DNA of 64,000 bases from Tubulanus polymorphus (lineage: Eukaryota; Animalia; Nemertea), in the NCBI RefSeq assembly GCF_964204645.1, contig NC_134033.1, positions 3,806,231 to 3,870,230 on the forward strand, read 5' to 3'. Shown one piece after another: positions 1 to 14,100 of this stretch. The notes below the pieces were generated by a model. That model saw nothing but the letters and a program-made list of their open reading frames with translations, was not told the DNA's origin and did not search any database. A program made the translations under genes and the position numbers. Position 1 is the stretch's first letter, and every line of letters starts with the position of its first letter.

Positions 1-3000
1 TATGCTGACCAAATTGTTCATATCGCTTTCTGTATTTGAGTTGATTCTTACTATTTCGGCGCGGATGCTGTGACACATTTCTCTAGCACTCCGAATATTC
101 AAACCTCGATTGTTTTTCCAGTCGGTTAGTATTTGATAACATTGTCCAGAAATAGTTACCCAACCTCTTGGACAGGTTGAATTAATTAAAGTAATAGCGA
201 GAATCATTTGATCTATTGTTTTTTTCAAGTCTGTATTTGTTGAATTGTTCGCATCGTTTATCGTTGAATTGTGTTTGTTTTTGATGTCGATTCTCTCAGA
301 TTCACAAATGAATGTCGTGTGCGTCTCCTCGATTTGACACGGGAATCGAACCCAGTTCGCCGATCCTCGTGGATTATTCAGTATCATCGCCGTACACGGC
401 ATATTGACGTCATTTATCGGTTGTTTTCTCAGCGGAGATATCAATCCTCGAATAACTTCTGGTATCGTTTCATTAATGACAGGTTTATACCACTCTGTGT
501 AGCTCAATGGTTTACCGTCAGTCCACGTGTAATAACCATCATTCTGTTTCGTGAAGAAAACGAAATATATCATAACCTTTAAAAATCATCCTATTCTAAT
601 TCATATTTGAATACATTAGTCTTACCATCCATTTCAATCCAACCATTATTATGAGCGCTTTTAATGAGTACGCCATTCGGAGAAGTTCTGTAGCGAATAA
701 TCTTTTGATGGAAATCATTTCCTGTTCTGAGTTGATACTGAGTAGATGTCCCGCGTACTTCTGTCTACAGTATATTTCAGCGTTCTCCCAATTCAGACGT
801 TCATCTCTGATGAATTTGATGCAGGAAATTCCCGAATCCAGAAATCCTTGTTTACAGTAGAAATCATCGAAATGTTTAATCGGTAACGACTCGTGTAAAG
901 TGTATTGTATCTGAAAGGTGGGGATTCTATTCTTAACTTCAAAACGCAGAGAATTATCGTTCAAACTGTGGAATTTGAGTCCACGAACCGCGTTATTTTC
1001 ACATATTTTAGTTTCATGTTGGGTATCAATAAATTTGACAAGTTTTTCATTTAGGTACAGCACTAGTAGCTGTATCAAAATAATAGGATCATATCGACCG
1101 GATCTGTCTGTTTCGCATGAAACTGATCCAATAGATTTGACGATAAATCTGTAATATTGAAATATATTTTGTTGTATCGGGTTTTCAAATTTATAGGAAA
1201 TCGAGTCTGATTTACGTCCTGCCCGACCCGGGTAGTTCGGTGACTGAACGAGTCCACATTTATCTTTAGTAGTAACTGGTAGAAATGAACCGTCAAATCC
1301 AAAACTATCCGCTTTTTTCACTCCTAGACATTTACGACGTAGTTTAACTATTAGTGGTTCCTGCCAGAATCCAAACCCACCTGTGAAATCTACTGTGTTT
1401 AATACGAGACTGTTATTAAGAAACTGATTACTCAAGCTCAAAAACTGATCACATCGCCATGACATCCTGAGAAAACATCGGTCAATTTGATATTCGTGTT
1501 CCGATAATATGTGAATATTTTTCGAGCGAAGGCGTCGATTTTCAGGTGTAATCACGAGACAGCGTGACGTCATATTGATCTGACGTTCTTCTTCCTGTAG
1601 AACATAACCGTCACAATCAGTAGGAGCAAATTGAAGATATGAGCTACCAACTGTTAACTGATTGTTATAGTAATAAGCGTATGCTACTACAGTAACCGGT
1701 CCACCTGATGTAATCAGGCTGACGACAGATCGACCGTAGTATGAACCGGGACAATACGGACCATAGCGTCTAGCTGTGAAATTACTACCATCAAATATAT
1801 AAAAACCAGCTCGATCACAGTTCTCTGATAGCACTGTTAGTTTCAATTGTTCTTCATAGATGTTCACTTTCCAGTTAAGTTGTAATGTAGTTACACGATA
1901 CAATGTATTCTTTGATCTCGGGAACAAGCGATTAGCTGATATTGATTTTGTGTGAGAATTCTGAAATATAAGAGAATCGATTACAACATTTACACGTTTA
2001 CAATACGACAAATTCAAACTCTGTACGACCTCGATATTTTGATAATAGTTCAAAATGTCTCAATCAAATCTTAACTTATCTTCCACAAATCATCATAATT
2101 ACTCTGCGTAAACAACAAGTTCGTCCGAATATATTGAAATTTGGGTCACACATAACATTGTTATTCCAATTTTCTCGGTAAAGTTTCACTGGTCAAAATA
2201 GCCATTAAAATATAGATAATTACATTGATTCTATTACACGAACCAAATTTACAAATCACTGTAATAAACTTACCGATATCCATGGCTTGTTGACGTAGAC
2301 GTCTGATATTGTCATTGATTTCACCTCAAATTCTATTTTCAAATTCGATCTCGAATAATCCGATGTCGTTAAAACGCACAGAATCACGAGAAATCCGTCT
2401 GATTTTACACTCAGAGATTTAAGATGGTTAAAACTGAGTAAAATATCAGTTCTCACAATATGTAACCCTTCCTGTTTATATACACCAACGACACCTGGTG
2501 ACGAGACGAGATCACGTGACCAGTTGAAGACGATGTACTGCAGAACATCGACAGTGATAGACCAGCAGTATAAGTGTTTAGACTGAGTTACTATATGTGG
2601 TACTCCATCAATTGTAGTGAGCAGTCCTGATTTATTATAGACTTGAATTAACGGATTAGAGATGTTCCAATCTGATATTTTGTAAACTTGCACGAGTAAC
2701 TGCGACTTAACTCTACTAAAAAAATCAATACGTGCTTTATTAGTTTTAGTATAAAACGATGAAGGTAGATGTCCGGTTTGTTCTCGTATAAGAGCTATAG
2801 GTTCACTGGTGCTGTTCCATCCGTCGTAAATTTGAGGACGAGTTTTCATTGGATCCTCACCGGGACTTAATCTGAAATCTATCTGTATAAACGTTAAATT
2901 CATTGCAAGCCCGTCTGGCATCCCGATCCATTCAAACAACAATTTACATCGGAGGGTAGAAATCATGAATTCATAACCTGTTTGAGTTGGTAATTCTTTT

Positions 3001-3491
3001 ACTGCATGTTTGTAACATGTATGTACGATTTTCAAACGACTCTGTTCTTCAAAACGATATATGATATAAACCCGACTACCTCGCGCTACATCGACGTTAC
3101 TCCTAAACAACAACGAAATCAAATCGTTACAGCGGATATCTAGTTGTTTTCTTCCGGTAGCGCAGAGTTTGTTGTCGGACTCACTGATTAGAAGGTAGTT
3201 TTCGTTACAGAATATCGACGGCTCGATGTCGTAGTAAACTTGAACGAGAAAACTTCCCGGTAAAGAGCTGTTGACGAACCAACGACATTCGACACCGCGC
3301 ACTAACGACGGATAGTTCGGTGAAACGATGTAACCAGACGTAGAATCGACGGAGTATTGAGTGTTGTTACAAGATGAACTGACTGTAACAGACGCGGCTT
3401 CCTCGACAGAGTTTGCGCGATCAGCCCGCGTAAATATACAGTCTCCGCAAGCGATCAGTAAAACTACGAACAACGCTTTCATTCGCTGCAT
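1..3491 (-). CDS. GRL101/LGR-like GPCR, array copy 1 (5' part only: CUB, CUB-like and C-type lectin ectodomain; continues beyond window start)
   Basis: Exon 1 is 3491-2274 (signal peptide MKALFVVLLIACG; CUB motif SGYIVSPNYP..CRW). Donor GTAAGT at 2273, acceptor ttatatttcAG at 1961. Exon 2 is 1960-626 (CUB-like; CTL start LNWENAEIYC..GHLLSINSEQE). Intron 625-544. Exon 3 starts at 543 (NDGYYTWTDGKPLSYTEW). Both complete exons are multiples of 3 and collinear with copies 2-4. Confidence 0.85.
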
Positions 3492-4020
3492 ATTGAACAC
3501 AATTCACGCTTCAAAACAAACATATTTCTAACTATTTCTAAGTTTGCACGACATTTCTCTAAAGAGTAGGTGCAAAGTAATGACGAATTCGCAAATGGCA
3601 GAAGTTGACGAATTGATCGAGTCCAATTATTTTGTAAAAAAATCCGCCCATCAAACTGGCATCAGTCTCGTATTTGTAAAACTTTCATCTGTTCTCGGTT
3701 TCGCTGTAATTACCGCGGTTTCTAAATTTAGACGTGTTTTAATATATCGTGTTTATAATCGTGTGCAATTATTTCTCTATAAAATATTTACTGTCGCTCC
3801 CGAACTGCGTTCAGTTTGTGATAATATTCGATAATATTTTCTATCTACACCTCAAAATATTCTGCATCTCTGTAAAACACTTCGTCAATATCTGTTTTGA
3901 CAATTCATACTCTACAGTCAATATAATAACTGAGTTGAAGCCAAGTGAAGCGCGTGGATATCTGATTGTGGTGGGTAAGGACTTGTTTGGTACAGATTGT
4001 TTTGAAGAAACAACAGCAAC

Positions 4021-4148
4021 CAAGTAAGACGACGATGACAGCGGTAGAATAGAAACCGTGCTTATAACGACCCAACAAATGCAGCAAATACCGATAACGT
4101 ATTTCGGAGTTATAATTGGACTTCTAGAAAACGGGTTGACGATATTTA
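4021..4148 (-). repeat. Detached copy of the GPCR TM3-TM4 coding segment upstream of copy 1
   Basis: Near-identical to 8594-8718 (IVNPFSRSPIITPKYVIGICCICW.VISTVSILPLSSSSY). Equivalents at ~14896-14985, ~30234-30550 and ~39379-39585. Confidence 0.85.
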
Positions 4149-4237
4149 GATATATACGATATTTAGAATTGAGAGATATGTTAAAGCAGCCTCTATATAT
4201 TATTACTCTTGATGATTTGAATAAATAAAAATAACTG

Positions 4238-4377
<140 letters not shown>

Positions 4378-4974
4378 ACGATATTTAGATATATACGCTA
4401 GCTGCTGCTGCTGCTGCGATAGTTCTAAGAAATTCGAGTTTCAGACAATGGACATTTGATTAATTGAATTTATTGCATATTTACTATGATGATATCGTCT
4501 TAATTTTATTTATTTTATGATAAGATTCGTGTTTAATTTCAGCGACGATTCGAGTTATTGACAATGAAAATGTTATTTATATTACAGACAATGAAGATTT
4601 GATTAATTGAATTTTTTGCATATTTCCTATGATGATATCATCTTAATTTATTTTAGGTGATAATCAATTGCAAATAGTTCTAAGATTCGTGCTTGATTCC
4701 TGTGAAAATTCGAGTGACAATTCAATAATGGAAATGTGATTGTGTTGCAAACTGATTTTTCTTTCAATTCGATTTTGAAAGGATTTAAATTACTGCATAG
4801 AACTATCATTTTAACGAGGACTGTTAGAGAATATCTGATATTATATCTACTTCATATATTCTACTTCGAAACTCGGAATTGCACTTGCCTGAAACGACGC
4901 AAAATCGTTCTGGCGTATTCTAAAATCCACCCAGGAAAAAAAACGAAAGAAAGGGTAATAAACCGACATTAAAT

Positions 4975-5285
4975 GAATTCGAAACTTATTTTGCCGGCCT
5001 GGGTGAATCCGTGAACAATGCTACTATTGATCCCGACCTCCAACTTAATAATCGAGATCAATTAAAGTCGCAGGAGCCACGTGATTTAGATTTTCCTGTT
5101 ACGATAGAGGAATTTGTAATAAAAAAACTGAAACGCGGAAAATCGCCTGGATTAGATAATATACTTTCTGATATGTTTGCGGCTACCCTGACTATATATT
5201 TTAATGCCATTTTAGAAACCGGTTTGTACCCAAGCGATTGGTGTGAGGGTTGTATCACTCCGATCTATAAAAAGGGATCCGTATC
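4975..5285 (+). mobile_element. Non-LTR retrotransposon (LINE) ORF2 fragment, N-terminal part of RT
   Basis: Translation LDFPVTIEE..KKLKRGKSPGLDNI..FNAILETGLYPSDWCEGCITPIYKKG matches the typical pre-RT motif. The segment is absent from the paralogous spacer (~31020-31150). Confidence 0.8.
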
Positions 5286-8153
5286 AGCTTTCGACAGTTC
5301 ACATCTCGTGTATGAATTAGTATAGTTGACTCTCTGTCTCTGGGATCTCACTCGGGCATCCAACCTAAACTAAAACATTGATTCTTCCAGTCAGAACTGA
5401 AATATGAAATTGTTGTTTTTCAGATCAGCCATTCCTCACTCAGGACCTTATTGCGGCCAATACCCCGAAGCTGAGTAAACCGACGCTGTGAACTCCTGAC
5501 ATTTTTGAGATAATCCATGATGCTTCACACAGAAATTGGTGGTGAGTAGATTTGTAGGTTTTTAATACTGGCTATAACAGATTACAATGTGCATGTATCG
5601 AGGCAAATTAAACATTATCATTGAGATCAATACTGTTTTTCAGATAAGCTCTACTTCTCTCAGGATCTGATTGCTGTCAATGTTTGCTGACTAAACCAAC
5701 AAGGCCGGACAGATATTAGTGCTGTAGCTCGGGTATCACATCTCCCAATGAAACGACAACTGATCGAAATAATGCATGAAGTTCCACTCATGAATTGGTG
5801 AGCGGACAATTTAACTTCAATTCTAAATTTCAAACTTAACTTAGGTCGGATTCAAACTGATTCAAGTGTAATTAAACTTCGGTTGCTTTTTCAGGGAAGA
5901 TCTTCCTGTGCAGGATCTGATTGCTGTCAATGCGTGTTGATTAAACCGACAAATACAGTTTCCAGATTCCAGACCTTCCTCACTTCATCAGGACCTGATT
6001 GCATCAAGTGTGTGCTGACTAAACCAACCTGGTCTGATAGAGGACTCATATGTGAGCTTCAAGGAAAAGATAATCGAAAAACTGCTCACATAAAGCGGTG
6101 AGTAGAGATTTTGAATTGTATCTCTTTAGAAAACTGAGGTTAGGTTAGATTTAATCTTAGTTTTAAACAGATGGACCCTCGTTATAGCAAACTAAAATAC
6201 AGTAGACTCAATCTGAACTCGGATCAAATGTGACCATCGATTTGCGTTTGAACTTAAGCTAAACCATAGAAATTTGACTGGCATCATTGGATGTAATGAT
6301 TCTAATTATTGTGTTCGAAGTGTTAATTTCCAAGAGTTACGAAGAGTCTTACGTTTTATCGGTATATAAACAACTTGACAAACTGCACCAGACGTTAGAT
6401 ACATTCAATCAGCAGCCTTTCAATAGTGATCGCTTGAAGCGATGTGGTTCCATGGATACAAACTGATACCCGCATTAAGCGTACGTAATACAATGGATAC
6501 TCGGTACCGTAAAACTGACAGGTTTGAACAGTTCATATGGCTGAATAACAACTTCGCTTACCTAAAGGAATTCAGTTGCTTATACGAAAACGGCAAAATA
6601 TTTATGAAAAAGTTCTAACTTTAAATCGCGGTTGAGTATGAATTTTTTTCCGCAATGAAAGCGATTTAAAACAAAATATTCAGTTAACGAAACTGGGTCC
6701 TACATAAAACTTAAGATGGGGCATCCATTCGGCACCTACCCGCAAAAGTGGTTGATATCGAAAAACGATTTCTGTCATTTCCAGATGATCGTACCAAAGC
6801 ATTATCTATAGGCTAACTCTGCAAACTGTTAGTTGATAAACCCTCCCATAGTAAGAAAAGAGACGTTTCGACAATTCTGTGAGCCATTAAAAAACAAATT
6901 TCAATTTGTTCATCGTCCAGAATTAGTAGATAGATGGAGAGTTGGTGTTCTATTCTGATAGCTGATTAAGCGTGATCAACGAAAGTACCTGTCAATCCAA
7001 CTGTATCGAGACCGGAATTAAACTAGAAAAAAATATTCATAAACCTTAAACCTGTTGAATCTGAACGCTTCGAATCATCACCCGATTACCGAAAATGAAC
7101 CTCTGGCGAGCAACGCTCCAATATACTCGAATATAGTCAACTTTCGAAATTAAATCTGATAAAGGGGTTAACATGAATAAATTGTGAGAGAAATAAATCT
7201 ACTATTCTGTTTAAATCACATATCGCGTGGTATATCCGTTGAGAGTCTGTCTCATCGGTAGCGATCATATTACCCAAGTGCATACCAGTTTTTGATACTT
7301 TGATAATATGACCTTGAAATAAAACATTTGATTTTCAAGGATTTAATCATGCCAGGGAAGAACAAGTAGATAAAATAGTGAATATATATAGTCTATTAAG
7401 CCTCAACCTTGACTTCGTATTCTATTGAAAATTGATTGCATATATCGATCATTATATTCAATGCTTATGATATTTTGCATGGGGTATATTGCACTTTCTT
7501 TTACTTGGCAATTTCGTTTACCCGAATCGGTCGCCATACGGTTCGGTGGTGGCTGAAAAATAATTTCATCCGGTGGCACATTTAGTAAAGTAGTATAGTA
7601 TTTATTTTTCATTAGGTCGTTACATTATTACATTATTGATATCGCATGATATACAGTGACAAAAATGTAACAAGAAAATGTGGGCTACACGAAGAGATCA
7701 CAAAGATCTATCGGAGCCGTGCCGCCCTAAAAGAAAAATCAAACCAATCACTCTTACACACACTCGTGCACGCATGCACGCACGCATGCACGCACGCAAC
7801 ACGCACTACATCAGTGAATACAAATTAAAAAGTCGTCATCTATGTAATCGTCTATTTCAATTGCACTGGTCAGTAAAGGGCTCACCGAGCCCCTTAAATC
7901 CGCACCTTAGGTAGATACTATTGCATTTAACAAACAATCTACAATTAATCTAATAGCTACGAAAAAACACTGTTTCAAATAAATTGTTTAGATGAAGTAG
8001 TGATAGAAAAAACTGAATGGATCACGGGCCCAAAGGTCGTCGTTAATATCTGTCCTTTGTTCTTTAGATTAATTACTAGAGTTTGGTGTGCGACCATGAA
8101 CACTAAAACGATTCGTTTAAAAGCTTCTTTATTGCTACTGAAGTTTTCGTAAT

Positions 8154-11100
8154 CTACTTCTTTTGTTGACGTTTATATCTCGTTCTAATTGATTTCATAT
8201 CGATAGTTAGTATTGTATATAGAAGCGGATTCAGAGACGAGTTGATCGGTAAAAATAGAACGGCCAGCCAAGCGGCCACCTGGTTCGGTATGTCGACCGA
8301 AAATACGGCGCAAAACTGAACGATTATTATCGGTAGCCAGCAAAATAAATTACAAAGATTGATTACTAAACTCCTTCGAGCTAAAACCAGTTCGGTAGGA
8401 TCGGCTCTACCCGAACCCGACCTACTTCCAGATACGAGTCTATACATCTGAGCGTACGTCGTCATTATCGCAGCCAATATGGCCGCATTGAACAAGGCAA
8501 AAATAGCGAATGAATAGTGCCAGCCATTGACGTCGATCGTCAGTAAATTCATAGGCAAACAAACTCCGGTTGTACCGTAAAAATTGTCTCCGAAGTAAGA
8601 CGACGATGACAGCGGTAGAATAGAAACTGTGCTTATAACGAGCCAACAAATACAGCAAATACCGATAACGTATTTCGGAGTTATAATCGGACTTCTAGAA
8701 AACGGGTTGACGATATTTGAATATCTCTGACGCGTTAGAATTAAGAGAAAAGTTAAGGAACCTTCGCACGAAACGGTGACAATAACCCCGGCGAGACGAC
8801 ATAATGAGCTATCCGTCCAGGCTTCAGAATTCAGATAATAAACGCCTTTGAACGCGTGGTCAGCTCCTGCGATCAAAAACAAATAGACCGACATCAGAAA
8901 ATCACAACCGGCAATATTTATGATGAGGACATCTGAAGATGTGTTACGTGTTCCGGTGGATTTCATCCGCAAAGCTTGAACGCGAAATAAAATAACGATA
9001 CTGTTAGCGAGAAAACTGAAAGATGCGATCATCCAGATGATGGCCCTCAGTACAGTGTTACCCATCAGGTCAGAGCAGGTGGAAAATTGATCAGCTTCGG
9101 GGAGACATCGGTCAACATTCGGTGCCATGCAGCAAAATTTGTAAGCATCCGAAGCGAGGTATTTCAATGATGTAAGATCGCCAAGGACGTTTCTTTGTAC
9201 GGATATTACTTCAAAATTGTTGACAAGGTCTAGAATTTCAAGTCGAGCCAATCCCGAAAAAGCATAGCTAGAAATATAATGGATTCTGTTACTGCTGATA
9301 TTTAATGTCTGTAATGCGGATAAACCTTTAAATACATTTTCACCGAGAACCGATATAGAAAGTCCGTGAAGATCGAGAACAGTAAGTGACGTCAGACCTC
9401 GGAAACTACCGTCTTCTAAATGTTGCAGCGGATTTCCGATAAGAAATAGTTGTTTTATAGCGATCAAACCTGCGAATGTATTAGCAGATAATGATGTTAT
9501 GCGGTTGTGTGTAAGGTCTAATGTGTATAGATTGTTTAGATTAGAAAACGCATTTGGAACGATGTAAGATAAATTATTGCCTGAAATGTCGAGAAAACGA
9601 AGATAAATGAAAGAGTTTAACATCGATTCGTTAAATACGACTCGGTTATTCGACAAAATCAAAACCCGAGTTGATTCTATAAAACGACCAGTAATATCTG
9701 ATAAAAGGGCATTTTCACAATCGATGAAATGACCACGGCAATTACAACGTTCAGAACACGTGACCTTACAGTATGTCTCGTCATCCGAGTTATGTTTACA
9801 ATTTACGACTCCGTCGCAGACTTCAGATTGCGGAATACATCGATTTTCCTGGCCACATTTAAACATTCCCGGACACGACCAAGTCTCGCAGTTTCGTTCA
9901 TCTTCAGAATTAGGACAATCGGATCGACCGTCACAAACGTGTCTGATCGGTATACAGTAAGATGCCGGACATTTTACAGTACCAGCCGCGCATTCGAAGT
10001 CATTACACGCGAGTATATGTTCAAGATTTCTACATACCGGGAAACCAATCGGCATCCTTTCTAAAATACACCTTTCGTGTCGGGAATAACAGCGAGGAGA
10101 ATTGAACGAACATCTTTGTTCATCCGATTCCTTACACAGATCTGTGAAACGAGTCGTACAGTGATTGCCATTATTACAGTTAACATCGGGATTCAATGTC
10201 ATATTAGTGACCAATTCGTCTTCTTCGAGACTTCCGCTACAATCCACGACACCATCCCGATACAACTGAGAACTAATACATTCACCGTCCCCGCACGAGA
10301 AACCCTGACAAAGTTCGGCAGTGCATCCGATCTCATCGGAACCGTCTTTACAGTTGACTAGTCCGTCACATCGTTTATAACTATCGATACATTGGTGATT
10401 GGAACAGCGATATCGCGTAGATAAACACGGTGGATGATAGCACGAGTTCTCATCTGATCCATCGACGCAATCTCTCATAAAGTCGCAGAAACCGCTAATC
10501 GATATAACCTGTCCATCGTTACAGCGGAACTGACTGTGTAAATTGATATCCGTACAATTGAGTTCATCTTCACCGTGTTGACAGTCGTGTATGGTATCAC
10601 ATACACGATGGTCGCTGATACATCTTCGATCGTTACATTCAAACTGCCACGATTTACAACCGCTTATAGAAGCTAACTCTTCACCAGTTACATTATAGGT
10701 ACATAACACGGAATGCGCTTTATCTTTTGTATCATCGAAAGGTTTTAATATCCATTTAACCGATTGAATATACGTAATTTCATTTCTGGTCACCAGTGGT
10801 TTGATAACTTTAAATCCGTCGTGGCCCATCGTCAAAATAGCGCCATATTGATGTCGATATTGAAATTCGCTGACCAAATTGTTCATATCGCTTTCAGTAT
10901 TTGAAGTGAGTCTTACTATTTCGGCGCGGACGCTGTGACACATTTCTCTAGCACTCCGAATATTCAAACCTCGATTGTTTTTCCAGTCGGTTTGTATTTG
11001 ATAACATTGTCCGGAAATAGTTACCCAACCTCTTGGACAGGTTGAATTAATCAAAGTAACATCGGGAATCATTTGATCTATGGTTTTATTTAGTTCTGTA

Positions 11101-14100
11101 TTTGTTGAATTGTTCGCGTCGTTTATCGTTGAATTGTGTTTGTTTTTGATGTCGATTCTCTCAGATTCACAAATGAATGTCGTGTGCGTCTCCTCGATTT
11201 GACACGGGAATCGAACCCAGTTCGCCAATCCTCGTGGATTATTCAGTATCATCGCCGTACACGGCATATTCACGTCATTTATCGGTTGTTTTCTTAGCGG
11301 AGATATCAATCCTCGAATAACTTCCGGTATCGTTTCATTAATAACAGGTTTATACCACTCTGTGTAGCTCAATGGTTTACCGTCAGTCCACGTGTAATAA
11401 CCATCATTCTGTTTCGTGAAGAAAATGAAATATATTATTTCTTTAAATTCTATCTTTTCAAATTAATTTTTGAATGCATTAGTCTTACCTGCCAATTCAA
11501 TCCAATCATCATTATGAGTGCTTTTAATGTGTACGCCATTCGGAGAAGTTTTGTAGCGAATAATCTTTTGATTAAAATCATTTCCTGTTCTGAGTTGATA
11601 CTGAGTAGATGTCCCGCGTACCTCTGTCTACAGTATATTTCAGCGTTTTCCCAATTCAGACGTTCATCTCTGATGAATTTGATGCAAGAAATTCCCGAAT
11701 CCAGAAATCCTTGTTTACAGTAGAAATCATCGAAATGTTTAATCGGTAACGACTCGTGTAAAGTGTATTGTATTTGAAATGTCGGAATTCTATTGTTTAC
11801 TTCAAAACGTAAAGTATTATCTGATATACTATAAAATATAAGTCCACGAACCGCGTTATTTTCACATATTAAAGTTTCATGTTGAGTTTCAATGGTTTTG
11901 AAATATTTCCCATTAAGAAAGGGTTCGTAATTGATTGATTGTATCAAAATGATCGGATCTTTTCGACCGAATCTGTCTGTTTCACATGAAACTGATCCAA
12001 TAGATTTGACGATAAATCTGTAATATTGAAATATATTTTGTTGTAACGGGTTTTCAAATTTATAGAGCATAGATTCTGATGTACGTCCTGCCCGACCCGG
12101 GTAGTTCGGTGACTGCACGAGTCCACATTTATCTTTAGTAGTAACTGGGAGAGGGGAACCAGGCAATCCAAAACTCTCCGATTTTTTCACTCCTAGACAT
12201 TTACGACGTAGTTTAACTATTAGTAGATACCGCCAGAATCCAATCTCATAAACTGTGAAATCTACAGTGTTTAATACGAGACTGTTATTAAGAAACTGAT
12301 TACTCAAACTCAGAAAAAGATCACATGACAATGACATCTTGAGAAAACATAGATCAATTTGATATTCGTGTTCTGATAATATGTGAATATTTTTCGAGCG
12401 AAGGCGTCGATTTTCAGGAGTAATCACGAGACAGTATGACGTCATATTGATCTGACGTTCTTCTTCCTGTAGAACATAACCGTCACAATCAGTAGGAGCA
12501 AATATAAGAGATGAGCTACCAACTGTTAACTGATTGTTATAGTAATAAGCGTATGCTACTACAGTAACCGGTCCACCTGAAATAATCAGGCTGACGACAA
12601 ATCGACCGTATGAACCAGGACAATACGGACCATAGCGTCTAGCTGTGAAATTACTGCCATCAAATATATAAAAACCAGCTCGATCACAGTTTTCTGATAA
12701 CACTGATAGTTTCAACTGTTGTGATTCATAGATGTTCACTTTCCAGTTTAGTTGTAATGTAGTTACACGATACAATTTATTCTTTGATCTCGGGAACAAT
12801 TGATTGGCTGACCAGTAACCCGTAAACTGAAATATAAGGGAATTGATTACAGCATTAAACGTTTACAATAAAACAATTTCAAACTTTGTACGACCTCGAT
12901 ATATTGATGATAGTACAAAATGTAGCTATCGAAACTTAACTTAAATTCCTCCACAAATCATCATAATTACTCTGCGTAAACAACAAGTGCGTCCGAATGT
13001 ATTGAAATTTGGGTCACATATAACGTTGTTATTCCAAGTTTCTCGGTAAAGTTTCACTGGTCAAAATCGCCATCAAAATCATAGATAATTACAATGATTC
13101 TATAACACGAACCTAATCTACAAATCACTGTAATAAACTTACCAATATCCTTGGCTTGTTGACGTAGACGTCTGATATTGTCATTGATTTCACTTCAAAT
13201 TCTATTTTCAAATTCGATCTTAAAAAATCCGATGTCGTCAAAACGCACAGAATCACGAGAAATCCGTCTGATTTTACACTCAGAGATTTGAGATGGTTAA
13301 AACTGAGTAAAATATCAGTTCTAACAATCCGTAACCCTTCCTGTTTATATACACCTACGACACCTGGTGACGAGTCGAGATCACGTGTCCAGTTGAAGAC
13401 GACGTACTGCAGAACATCGACTGTGATAGACCAGCAGTATAAGTGTTTAGACTGAGTTACTATATCTGGTATTCCATCAATTGTAGTGAGCAGTCCTGAT
13501 TCATTATAGACTTGAATTAACGGGTTAGAGATGTTCCAATCTGATATTTTGTAAACTTGCACGAATAACTGCGACGTAAACCACTCTTTATTTTCAAATT
13601 CTACACACGCTTTATTAGTTTTAGTATAAAACGATGAAGGCGGATGTCCGGTTTGTTCTCGTATAAGAGCTATAGGTTCACTGGTGCTGTTCCATCCGTC
13701 GTGAATTTGAGGACGAGTTTTCATCGGATCCTCACCTGGTCTTAATCTAAAATCTATCTGTATAAACGTAAAATTCATTGCAAACCCGTCTGGCATCCCG
13801 ATCCATTCTAACAACAATTTACATCGCCGGGTAGAAATCCTGAATTCATAACCTGTTTGAGTTGGTAATTCTTTTACTGCACGTTTGTAGCATGTGTGTA
13901 AGATTTTCAAGCGACTCTGTTCTTCAAAACGATATATGATATAAACCCGACTACCTCGCGCTCCATCGACGTTACTCCTAAACAACAACGAAATCAACCC
14001 GTTACTGCGGATATCTAGTCGTTTTTTTCCGGTAGCGCAGAGTTTGTTTTCGGACTCACCGACGAGAAGGTAGTTTTCGTTACAGAATATCGACGGCTCG

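Noticed and set aside
651-1302. Recurrent small antisense or alternative-frame ORFs within GPCR exons (also 11514, 26840, 35958 etc.)
   Set aside because: Shadow ORFs of the duplicated coding sequence.
3800-4020. Possible coding remnant (ILTVEYELSKQILTKCF) upstream of each GPCR
   Set aside because: The frame is not conserved across the four copies and no recognisable domain is present.
7403-7914. Short ORFs repeated at 22769-23245
   Set aside because: Their similarity is explained by the recent flank duplication; there are no domain features and the frames differ between copies.
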